From: Candidatus Altiarchaeota archaeon
Lineage (GTDB): Archaea > Altiarchaeota > Altiarchaeia > IMC4 > SCGC-AAA252-I15
Assembly: GCA_043804895.1 (NCBI GenBank)
Contig: JAZDIN010000026.1
Span: forward strand, 1-32,288
Length of the DNA: 32,288 nucleotides
Direction: 5' to 3'
Below, in pieces: positions 7,627-15,917 of the stretch. The notes beneath the pieces are model-generated. The model did not search any database. It saw only the letters and a list, made by a program, of their open reading frames with translations, and was not told where the DNA came from. Both the position numbers and the translations under genes were made by a program. Position 1 is the stretch's first letter; each line of letters starts with the position of its first letter.

Positions 7627-10600
7627 TAGTTTTGGATGATGTTTATGTTATCGTATTTTACGGTCACGTCGTTGTCCTTGTCGAACCAGAGTTCGAACCT
7701 CGGCCTCGCTTGCACATTGGAGCCGGTGTTGTAGGGCGTACCAAGTTCCACCCAGTTGCTGCTGGTCCCGCTCGCGTGGTAGGTGCGGACGACACCATTG
7801 ACGCGGGTTATCCTAAGCCTCCCGCTAGTATCTGAGGTAGGTACTGTCGCCTGGCCATTCCACGTCTGCGTGGCGTTGTCGTAGGCGCTCCTCCTGTAGT
7901 GGAGGCCCCCGTAAGTGGTGTCCCAGGCTATCCCTATGTACACCATCTGCCTCGTTTCATCTGGAGGGGGTCCGTGTCCTGTTTCGACTGTCAGTTCTCC
8001 TATGCTGCTGGAGGTGAGGTAGTTGGAGACTGTAGCTTCAGTCCAGTCAACGTATACGTCGAAGTCGCCGGTAACGTAGCCAGGCGATTTGGTGTATAAG
8101 TACCTCCAGGAGCTGCCGCTGTTCTCGTCACCGCACTCCCTCCGTAATTTCATTTCCTGGGATACCTCGGTTGCGCTGCACAGTCCGGTCGGCGGGTCGC
8201 CGCAACCCCAGCAGCCGAAGATTTCCCATCTGTTTACGTTGAAGCTGTTATCGTCGAAGTTGTCGTATATGCAGTCGTTGTCTGCGTTGCAGACGTAATA
8301 TGCCTTACAGTCGCTGTCAACGTAACAGTCGTGCCAGGTTCCCTGGTAGCAGTAGTCATTGTCCCCGTTTGCGTCTGCGTCGTGGCTGTGAGTCCCGGAT
8401 GCGTAGCAGACGCTGTTGTGTGCGCAGTCTGTGGCCAGGTTGCAGCATGCACTATCGTACTGGTCCCCTCCTTCCACGCCGTATAGCATCCACTCCAGCC
8501 ACCTCCTGTATTCGCCTGCATCGTCTCCGCAGCAGTGGGGGTCTGTGCCTCCTTCAAAGCCTAACGAGTAGTAGTCGCAACCGATGCTCCCGCAATCACC
8601 CATATCCTTGTTCCAGTAGTTGCCAGCAGTAGCACAGCATGTGCTGCAGTAATCATCTGGTTCTAGCGTGCTTGAGCTGCTGCTCGATGTTGAGGAGCTG
8701 GATGATGAACTGCTTGATTCGGTTGCTGAGGAGCTGGAGGGGGGTATGATTACCGTGTCGGTTGTTGTGCTGGAGCTGCTGCTGGAGGAGCTGGTGGTTT
8801 CCGTGGACGTGGAACTGCTTGACGTCTCAGTGGACGATGATGTTGCCTCACAATTCCAGTTGTTTATAGTGACCTTCCCGACGCCGTATGCTTCTGCTTG
8901 GCCAGGGACATCACAGTAGTATCCGCCGTAGGTTTCGGCTATGATGTACAGGTCATATTCCCCGTTTGACGGGCTATATAAGTTGCTACCACAATCTTCC
9001 TCTGTCGGCAGCAGGGAGCATGTCATCTCATAATATTGTTTTTCCGTTTCTGGTGTTTGTGGAGTAGACTGGCATGTTCCAATGCAATATTGCTCGTTAC
9101 CCTTTTTTAAGAGGTAAGTCCAGTAAACAGAGTTGTCTTCTCCCAGGCCACCTGAGTGGGTTCCGCTCCAGTGGACGGTTATGTCGTTTTTTACATTACA
9201 CTCGAGGTTAGGATTCCCAGGTATAACATCATACACTTTGTCTACACTGTTTTGGCCATTATCGTTGAAATCACATTTGAAATTAACTTTTGTATGGCCC
9301 GTGCTGATGCACCCTAGGGCGATATATTTCATGCACCCTTTCACGTCGACTTGCATCTGGTATTGTGTGTCGCGGTTGATGTCGTTCGGCAGGCAGTATC
9401 CTCCGAAGTCTTTGCCCGTGACTGTGAAGGTGGTTTGTTCGTCTGGCATGTTGATTCCGCTGGCCATGGGCAGGAACATGCATTGCATATCGTAGTTGTA
9501 CACTTTACCAGTCTCCTCTGTCAGTGGGTTCATAGTCTGGCATGCCCCGACGAGAGTGTCATCGCCAAGGAAGAATCCGAAGTAGTTTGGGTCGCCTGAG
9601 TGGCTGCCAGTCCAGTGTACGGTGAGCGAGTAAAGTTGGCCGCAGGTGATTTCGGCGTTGGGGGGGTCCACGCCAGTGATGAGCATATTTGACTGACCGT
9701 CTTGGATGCACATCTCTTCTGTTGGGGGTTCAGTTAGGCAGACTAAGGGCTCCGGTGGTTGAGTTGGCTGCGTGGTTGTTGGTGGTCCGCCTGGTCCTCC
9801 TTCGTCTGATAGTATGATGTTGCCGCCCCATATTATGACTTTTATTTCGAGGACTTTGTCGTTTGCCAGCTGTGTTCCGCTTCCGGTGTCGCTTAGGGTT
9901 GCTGGGACTCCAATAACCGCGGTCTTGGATGCGCTTACGATGTCGCTGCCAGAGTTCAGGTTCCCTGCCGCGCATACACTGTGGATGTTAGGGTTCCCGA
10001 ATGATTTAGGGTTCTCCACCCCAGGATTGTAGTCTGAGTCGGTGAGGAGTATGGCGTCAACCGGGTCTGCATCAATATCGCCCCTGATGCCTATGGTAGT
10101 CTCCCCCCTGAGCTCCTGCCAGCCTGCGTAACTCCAGCCAACAGGCTTGGAGACTTTAGGAACCTGATGTTCCACGCCATTCAGGGAGATAGTAGGGCCT
10201 GCGCCACTCGCTAGGCGGACCCATATATTGTATTTCCCAGGGTCTGTCCTCACTTTGGCTTCGACGTATTCCCTCACCAGACTCATCCCATATTGATCGC
10301 CTCCGCTGCAGGAGCCTGGCTTCGAGCAGGGCACCTTATTCCCGAAGAGGTCTTCAGCTTCGAACCATAGGTAGCTGTATGAGTGGTGTTCCCCAATGTT
10401 TATCCTGAAGGACTTCTTCGGGTCGTCCTTGTCTATGCAGTAGACTGGGAGGTTGATGCTGTCTGTGGAGAGTCCCTGCAGGCAGCCGAGGTCTGTGCGG
10501 TTCACGCATGAGAGCTCCAGGTAGAAGTCGTACCTGCTTGAGCCGAGGAGGTTGTTTCTCACACGGTCGTAGTCGTTCCTAGAGTCATTGATTAGGTGGA

Positions 10601-10889
10601 ATATCTTGTCAGCGTCCAGGACGCGGCTTTCAGTGTTCTGGCCTGCTCCGACTGTTTGCGCGAGCCCGTATGCAAAAGGCTGTTTTAGGCTCCATTCTGG
10701 GGGGTCGCCTGAGGTTCTTACTAGCTGTTCTGAGACTGTCTCGGCAAGCCAGTTCCTCTCGTAGTCCTCCTCCCGCCACCTCAGTTCCCCATATGCTGAC
10801 TCCCAGAGGTGCACGGTTATTGCAAGGAGGACTAGGAATATCATAACCCCGAATATCATGTCCACTGTGAAGATTTGGGCTTTTTTCAT
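7626..10889 (-). CDS. Giant modular pilin-like adhesin with class III signal peptide (1087 aa)
   Basis: MKKA/QIFTVD then a hydrophobic helix; LVRTSGDPPEW pilin-head motif; inserted jelly-roll domain; two duplicated Cys-containing domains; Ser-rich linker; CCGDD Cys-rich region; C-terminal ConA/LamG-like beta domain. Confidence 0.85.
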   Translation of the reverse strand: MKKAQIFTVDMIFGVMIFLVLLAITVHLWESAYGELRWREEDYERNWLAETVSEQLVRTSGDPPEWSLKQPFAYGLAQTVGAGQNTESRVLDADKIFHLINDSRNDYDRVRNNLLGSSRYDFYLELSCVNRTDLGCLQGLSTDSINLPVYCIDKDDPKKSFRINIGEHHSYSYLWFEAEDLFGNKVPCSKPGSCSGGDQYGMSLVREYVEAKVRTDPGKYNIWVRLASGAGPTISLNGVEHQVPKVSKPVGWSYAGWQELRGETTIGIRGDIDADPVDAILLTDSDYNPGVENPKSFGNPNIHSVCAAGNLNSGSDIVSASKTAVIGVPATLSDTGSGTQLANDKVLEIKVIIWGGNIILSDEGGPGGPPTTTQPTQPPEPLVCLTEPPTEEMCIQDGQSNMLITGVDPPNAEITCGQLYSLTVHWTGSHSGDPNYFGFFLGDDTLVGACQTMNPLTEETGKVYNYDMQCMFLPMASGINMPDEQTTFTVTGKDFGGYCLPNDINRDTQYQMQVDVKGCMKYIALGCISTGHTKVNFKCDFNDNGQNSVDKVYDVIPGNPNLECNVKNDITVHWSGTHSGGLGEDNSVYWTYLLKKGNEQYCIGTCQSTPQTPETEKQYYEMTCSLLPTEEDCGSNLYSPSNGEYDLYIIAETYGGYYCDVPGQAEAYGVGKVTINNWNCEATSSSTETSSSSTSTETTSSSSSSSSTTTDTVIIPPSSSSATESSSSSSSSSTSSSSSSTLEPDDYCSTCCATAGNYWNKDMGDCGSIGCDYYSLGFEGGTDPHCCGDDAGEYRRWLEWMLYGVEGGDQYDSACCNLATDCAHNSVCYASGTHSHDADANGDNDYCYQGTWHDCYVDSDCKAYYVCNADNDCIYDNFDDNSFNVNRWEIFGCWGCGDPPTGLCSATEVSQEMKLRRECGDENSGSSWRYLYTKSPGYVTGDFDVYVDWTEATVSNYLTSSSIGELTVETGHGPPPDETRQMVYIGIAWDTTYGGLHYRRSAYDNATQTWNGQATVPTSDTSGRLRITRVNGVVRTYHASGTSSNWVELGTPYNTGSNVQARPRFELWFDKDNDVTVKYDNINIIQN
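8668..8844 (-). repeat. Low-complexity Ser/Thr-rich linker coding region
   Basis: Encodes TSSSTETSSSSTSTETTSSSSSSSSTTTDTVIIPPSSSSATESSSSSSSSSTSSSSSST using mixed codons. Confidence 0.8.
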
Positions 10890-10890
10890 G

Positions 10891-11832
10891 TTACGGGTAT
10901 GTGACGCACACGTCTTTGGTGTTGTCGAGGGGGATGTGTCTTCCGTCTGAGCTTAACACCATCCAGTCCGATGGGACTGCTAATGGCGTGACGCACATGC
11001 GGAATCCTTCCTTGAATTTGATGTATCCACCGTCTATGCCGCCAAGTGGATCCCTCCGCCAGTCTGCTGGGGGGAGAAACTCTAGGACCATTTCCTCAGG
11101 TTCGTTAGATTCTGTATCGACTACGTCGCCTAACATTTCCGAGAAGTTCATCTTCGCAGTCAGGCTTTCTGTCAGGTTCACGCTGAACACCAGGCTGAGG
11201 GAGTCGTCTTCAAGGTTCCTGTGCACGTACATGACATTCCACTCCTCCCCTCCTTCCCTGACGAAATCCGGCGGGTTATATGGGTCCGGGTCGCCTTCGG
11301 CGCTGTATGGGGCAAGGTAGGAGCCTACTCCATCTTGCATAACATTACTCATGGGTGTGAGGTATATCTTCCCGGAGTATTTTGTCAGCCTGACGTCCAT
11401 CTGCTCGCTGACGTTCAGGCACTCCTCAGTGCTGGTCCGGTTGCACGTGTAATAGCATTCGTGAAGGAGGCAGTGGACTTGGCCGGTTGATATCGGGCTT
11501 GAGTAGGTGAGGGAGTTACCTATCGTGAATGTGCCTCCCTCAACGAAGACCGTCGACTCGTTCTCGAAGAAGCTGACAGTGTACCTCCTGTCCCCGTACA
11601 ACGCCTTAGGAACCCTGATGACCGTGGAGTGACCGTCTCCGATGGCGTTTATGGTGTTGATGCCGTCTGTGATGTGGTTTCCGAGGCGTGCGCCGTATAT
11701 GTAGACTTTAAGGTCGCTGCTTTTCACATAGGTCCGGTAGACCATGAATCCGAGTATTATCAGCACCGTGAGTATGATTCCCATGACGACGAGGAATTCT
11801 ATGCTCACCTGACCTGTCTTTCTTTTGTCCAT
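10891..11832 (-). CDS. Minor pilin-like protein, class III signal peptide
   Basis: KRKTG/QVSIEFLVVMGIILTVLIILG matches the G/QxSxE DUF361/EpdA-E-type motif. Confidence 0.85.
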   Translation of the reverse strand: MDKRKTGQVSIEFLVVMGIILTVLIILGFMVYRTYVKSSDLKVYIYGARLGNHITDGINTINAIGDGHSTVIRVPKALYGDRRYTVSFFENESTVFVEGGTFTIGNSLTYSSPISTGQVHCLLHECYYTCNRTSTEECLNVSEQMDVRLTKYSGKIYLTPMSNVMQDGVGSYLAPYSAEGDPDPYNPPDFVREGGEEWNVMYVHRNLEDDSLSLVFSVNLTESLTAKMNFSEMLGDVVDTESNEPEEMVLEFLPPADWRRDPLGGIDGGYIKFKEGFRMCVTPLAVPSDWMVLSSDGRHIPLDNTKDVCVTYP

Positions 11833-11836
11833 TGGG

Positions 11837-12262
11837 TTATACGACTGTGATGTTTATCGCATCATCTGAGGTGGACTCGACCCTGAACACATAGTATCCT
11901 TCCTTGGTGACAGCACTCAAATCCCCATAAATCTTGCCCTTCGTGACGCCGTAGATGTCGGTGTAGTTCTCCCCAACCGAGACGCTCGCGCAGATGCTGT
12001 TGTTGGTGTCGCGGATGGTGAGGTTCTCAATGTTCGGGGGTATGTAGACGTTTATCTCTGTCCTGGAGGGATGCCCGTGAACATATATGAAGTCCGCAGC
12101 GCCCTTCATCCTGTCGATTGCGCGGAAAGCGGAATCCACACCCACCTGGACGCTGCTTGCCGTGATTAGGACGCTTGTGACGTACAATACGGCGGAGAAC
12201 ACCATGAGGGAGAGCCCCAGCATTATCATGTACTCTAGCGAAGCCTGCGCCTTACATTCCAT
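11837..12262 (-). CDS. Small pilin-like protein, class III signal peptide (DUF361-type)
   Basis: KA/QASLEYMIMLGLSLMVFSAVLYV, plus AADFIYVHGHPSR...VYIP typical of small archaeal pilin heads. Confidence 0.85.
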   Translation of the reverse strand: MECKAQASLEYMIMLGLSLMVFSAVLYVTSVLITASSVQVGVDSAFRAIDRMKGAADFIYVHGHPSRTEINVYIPPNIENLTIRDTNNSICASVSVGENYTDIYGVTKGKIYGDLSAVTKEGYYVFRVESTSDDAINITVV

Positions 12263-12286
12263 CCTATTTAAATTATGGTACGATAC

Positions 12287-12294
12287 TTATATAA
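12287..12294. promoter_or_regulatory. Palindromic TATA box between divergent genes
   Basis: TTATATAA is self-complementary and lies 25 nt from both the 12262 (-) and 12319 (+) start codons. Confidence 0.5.
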
Positions 12295-12318
12295 CAGGAA
12301 TTGTTTGAGGTATTTGAA

Positions 12319-12585
12319 ATGGAATACGAGATGATTTTGAGCGAGTACGTGAACTACGGGCGCAACAAGTTCATAGAGATATCGAAGAAGCGCGTTGTGC
12401 CTGAAAATGCGGTGTTTTTGAACATCTCAAAGGGCTACTACACCCCAGACGGGCAGAAGAGATACCAGCGTGGTATAGGATTCCCGCCTGAGAGAGCCAT
12501 CGTGGAGGAGCTGGTTCAGAAGCTTCAGACCATAGTGGACAGTGTGAGCGAAGAGGAGACCAAACCTTCAGAACTTGAAGATTAG
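12319..12585 (+). CDS. Small conserved hypothetical protein, possibly PC4/YdbC-like ssDNA-binding fold
   Basis: 88 aa; beta-rich FIEISKK...FLNISKGYYTPDGQKRYQRGIGFP followed by an amphipathic helix, the PC4-like topology. SD-like GAGGT at 12307-12311. Confidence 0.5.
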   Translation: MEYEMILSEYVNYGRNKFIEISKKRVVPENAVFLNISKGYYTPDGQKRYQRGIGFPPERAIVEELVQKLQTIVDSVSEEETKPSELED

Positions 12586-12616
12586 TCCAAGGGATGTGGA
12601 AGCGACCCAACTTTCC

Positions 12617-12850
12617 TTATTTTCCGCTTAGGGCTGCCTCTAGAGCTTCCTCGTCGAAGCCCACTATTATTTTGCCGTCAACATCAACCACTGGTACGCC
12701 CATCTGGCCGCTCTTTTTTATCATCTCCTGGGTGGCTTCCTTGTTCCCTGCGACGTTGATTTCGTTGAATTCTACCTTCCTGCCTTTCAGATACTCCTTA
12801 ACCCTCTTACACCAAGGGCACATCGGAGTAGAGTACACTTTCACTTCCAT
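12617..12850 (-). CDS. Glutaredoxin-like protein (NrdH/YruB family)
   Basis: VYSTPMCPWC active site; GQMGVPVVDVDGKIIVGFD. Confidence 0.93.
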   Translation of the reverse strand: MEVKVYSTPMCPWCKRVKEYLKGRKVEFNEINVAGNKEATQEMIKKSGQMGVPVVDVDGKIIVGFDEEALEAALSGK

Positions 12851-12875
12851 GTCCAGTAGTCTTAGGTGGTTGCAG

Positions 12876-12884
12876 TTTATTAAA
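12876..12884. promoter_or_regulatory. Central TATA-like element of a divergent promoter
   Basis: TTTATTAAA (reverse complement TTTAATAAA), 26 nt from the 12850 start and 24 nt from the 12908 start. Confidence 0.5.
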
Positions 12885-12907
12885 GCTTCCAGTCAGATAG
12901 AGTATTT

Positions 12908-13438
12908 ATGAAGTTTCTGGAGCTTGCTAAGAGTAGAAGGTCAGTCCGCAAGTACAAGGAGAGTCCAGTGCCCAGGGTTTTGTTGGAGAAGATAGTCGAG
13001 GCTGGCATGTGGGCCCCAAGCGGCTTGAACACTCAGCCTTGGAGGTTCATCATAGTGGATGAGCCGAAGCTGAAGAGTGAAACCCGCAGGTTATACGACG
13101 AAGCTAGGACGAGGAAGGACCTTTACAAGCAGGATTCGTCGTTCCTGGAGAACGCTTCATTGATTCTCGTATGCGCCGACGCATCTAAAGCTGGGGGGGA
13201 GTTCTCCACCGCGATGGCATGCCAGAACATGCTGCTTGCAGCAACCGACCTCGCCTTAGGCAGCCTCATCACTGCAGGGATGATGGACAACGTAGGCGTT
13301 AAAGAGCTTAACAAACTTTTCACAATAAAGGAGCCGTACAAGCCTGTCGCGCTCCTGGCCTTCGGGTTCGCTAATGGGACGCCGGACCCTAAACCGAGGA
13401 AGAAGCTGGAGGAATTCGTCTCACACAACAGGTTTTAG
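12908..13438 (+). CDS. Nitroreductase family protein
   Basis: SRRSVRKY, APSGLNTQPWRFIIV, QNMLLAATDLALGS and KPRKKLEEFV motifs. Confidence 0.93.
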   Translation: MKFLELAKSRRSVRKYKESPVPRVLLEKIVEAGMWAPSGLNTQPWRFIIVDEPKLKSETRRLYDEARTRKDLYKQDSSFLENASLILVCADASKAGGEFSTAMACQNMLLAATDLALGSLITAGMMDNVGVKELNKLFTIKEPYKPVALLAFGFANGTPDPKPRKKLEEFVSHNRF

Positions 13439-13439
13439 T

Positions 13440-14321
13440 ATGAGTCTAATCAGCCGCGTTAATGCAGAAGTTGAGAGGCGATTGTTATCGAACCGGCCTA
13501 TGATGGAGTTCCTGCTCCTGTCTCTCCTAGTCTACCTGGCGTTGGATGCGATAATACTCGCATGGTTCTTCCTGACACCTATTCTAGTGCAGTCCGACAA
13601 CCGCCTCCTATTCGGCCTTGGGATGGTCGGATACAATTACGGATATTTGACATCCAACTGCCATCAGATGCCGCAGCGTTCACTGCTCATAGGGACATTC
13701 CAAATACCATTCTGCGCGAGGGACACCGCCATTTATATCGGCTGCCTGTTTGGCGGGATACTGCCATTCCTGAAGGTGAAGACGCCTGGTTGGGTGAAAT
13801 CAATGCAATTCTTCATCCTCTCGATGGTCCCAATGGCAGTCGACGGAGTATCCCAAACCAGCCTTGACATGCGCGAGAGTTCAAACGAACTGAGAGTGGC
13901 GACAGGAGTACTCTTCGGATTCGGCCTCGTATACTTCTTCGCGGTGAGGATTGTGGAACATTCCAGGAACGTTGAGAGGGAGTATAAGGCAGCCATTAGG
14001 ATAGGCTTAATATTCACCATGCTCATCTTCGCAGCAGCCTACATGGTCGGCGACGACTATGTCACAGAAGCCGACGCAATACGGCAGTCAGGCCTCAACC
14101 CCACCTTCATCACATACGCAAGCCACCGCACACTCGAGACACTAAGGTATGACCAATACCTACCCACATACGACGACGCAGTACTCGACGAACTAGTAAA
14201 ATACGGAAACCAAGGACACGGAGTATGGGTCATATACGAAGGCCAGATGAACAAAGAAGGCAAATACGTTTACTTCAGCAAAGGAGAAGGAGAATTCAAA
14301 CTCGTCAGCGACGCCAAATAG
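13440..14321 (+). CDS. DUF2085-domain membrane protein
   Basis: CHQMPQRS...PFCARDTAIYIG and PMAVDGVSQ...RESSNELRVATGVLFG signature. Start moved to ATG 13440, just after the nitroreductase stop. Confidence 0.8.
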   Translation: MSLISRVNAEVERRLLSNRPMMEFLLLSLLVYLALDAIILAWFFLTPILVQSDNRLLFGLGMVGYNYGYLTSNCHQMPQRSLLIGTFQIPFCARDTAIYIGCLFGGILPFLKVKTPGWVKSMQFFILSMVPMAVDGVSQTSLDMRESSNELRVATGVLFGFGLVYFFAVRIVEHSRNVEREYKAAIRIGLIFTMLIFAAAYMVGDDYVTEADAIRQSGLNPTFITYASHRTLETLRYDQYLPTYDDAVLDELVKYGNQGHGVWVIYEGQMNKEGKYVYFSKGEGEFKLVSDAK

Positions 14322-14351
14322 CTTATATCCACGTAATGCAGGGTTTTAACA

Positions 14352-15917
14352 ATGGCACTTGCTGGGCCGAGAGAGTTTAGGCAGCCTAAAGCCGAATCAC
14401 AGGGGCCTTTTCCAACCTTTGATGAGGATACGAAGCAGATAATCGATAATCTTACGGAAGCTCTCATACCGTGGGGGGGGCGAAATGAGTTCAGGGAAGA
14501 TGCTTTACCCAAGTTTCTAAGGTCTATGAAGCTCCAAGGTAGGGTAGATTGGCAGAAGTTCCGCGCATCACTTGAGGAAATACCCCCAGAACTTAGAACC
14601 TCGTGGACTGGAAAAGTTCTTCCTGAACTAATCAAAACTGAGGGGATAAAGGTTGACGGATTGCAGAGGACTGCACAAGAATTTAATCGTTCTCTGAGGT
14701 TTTTTGCTGATGATTATGAAATCAGGCCCAGCTACATGGAAGACATACTGCCGGCATTAATCAAAGGTGATAGATTGAAGACCGCCGACTTAGACCATGT
14801 TGTGAAGACATATAACTATCATCTTTTGGTGCCTAAAGACTGTTGGCGTGATTATGCTCTGCATGTCCTGCCTGAAGTAGCTAAAAGAAAGGGATTGAAG
14901 GTTGGTGAACTACAGGGTTATGCGGAAGATTTTAATGCCGCCCTGCAGGTAATGTCTGATGAGTCAGGGTCTACCAAACGTTCATACGCCCATTATATTC
15001 TGCCGGCTTTGATTGAATCTGAACCGTCTGTTAACTGGGTGGATGCCGCTGAAAACTATGTCCTCGCACTCGACTTAGTGCCTGAAGTGGATAGATATGA
15101 CTACAATAGGCTTGGTTTGCCTGAGTTGATAAAATCTGGTGGGCTGAGGACCCAAGGAGACTGGGATAGTTATTATGCCGCACTCGGGCAGTTGGATGAA
15201 TCGGATAGATACGTTTCCACATACAAGATATTCCCCGCATTACGTCGAGCTGACATGCTGAAAACACGCGACGATTGGGTGGAAAACACCAAAACATGCA
15301 ATGAGGAAATAAAACTGATACCTGAAGAACACAGGCCTTATTACGCACTCCATGTTATGCCCGCGTTCATAAAATCTGGGCGATTTAAGACGCCTGAGGA
15401 CCGGGAGAAGGCTCGGGCAAGCTACATAGACCTAACTACGACCCTTGGACTATACAGTCATACAGTCTTGCCGCTACTTTTTGAGAAAGGCAGGGTTAAA
15501 AATCCGGATGAACTGATGGAGTTTACCCGATGCTACACGGAAGCAGTGTCTAGGCTACTCTATCCTGACGGGTACTGTGCTGAATTTGTGCCGGCAATAC
15601 TCATGGGGGATGGGTTGAGGACACAGGAGGAGTGGGAGAACAGCACCAAAAACTTTGATAGATTGTCCAAATTGGATGACAAATTTTCCATCCCCGTCGC
15701 CGGAAAAAACGTTCTTGAGATAGCTAGGGCTGGCGTCTTGGATTCCCAAGAGCAGTGGGAGAACCTGTTCGCAGTATTAGATAAACTACCAGGACAATCA
15801 TATTTCAATGTTGAGTGCTTCCTCGAGGACATACTCGTCCCTTCTGCTAAAAATCGCATGTTAAGGACGCGGGAACATTGGATGGACACCCTAAAGTATT
15901 TCCAAAAGTTTCAGTAG
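14352..15917 (+). CDS. Hypothetical protein with ~40-aa degenerate tandem repeats
   Basis: 521-aa ORF with recurring (R..Y)..[VI]LP[AE]L[IK]..G.[LV][KR]T..[DE]W units; TTATAT box 24 nt upstream. Confidence 0.7.
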   Translation: MALAGPREFRQPKAESQGPFPTFDEDTKQIIDNLTEALIPWGGRNEFREDALPKFLRSMKLQGRVDWQKFRASLEEIPPELRTSWTGKVLPELIKTEGIKVDGLQRTAQEFNRSLRFFADDYEIRPSYMEDILPALIKGDRLKTADLDHVVKTYNYHLLVPKDCWRDYALHVLPEVAKRKGLKVGELQGYAEDFNAALQVMSDESGSTKRSYAHYILPALIESEPSVNWVDAAENYVLALDLVPEVDRYDYNRLGLPELIKSGGLRTQGDWDSYYAALGQLDESDRYVSTYKIFPALRRADMLKTRDDWVENTKTCNEEIKLIPEEHRPYYALHVMPAFIKSGRFKTPEDREKARASYIDLTTTLGLYSHTVLPLLFEKGRVKNPDELMEFTRCYTEAVSRLLYPDGYCAEFVPAILMGDGLRTQEEWENSTKNFDRLSKLDDKFSIPVAGKNVLEIARAGVLDSQEQWENLFAVLDKLPGQSYFNVECFLEDILVPSAKNRMLRTREHWMDTLKYFQKFQ

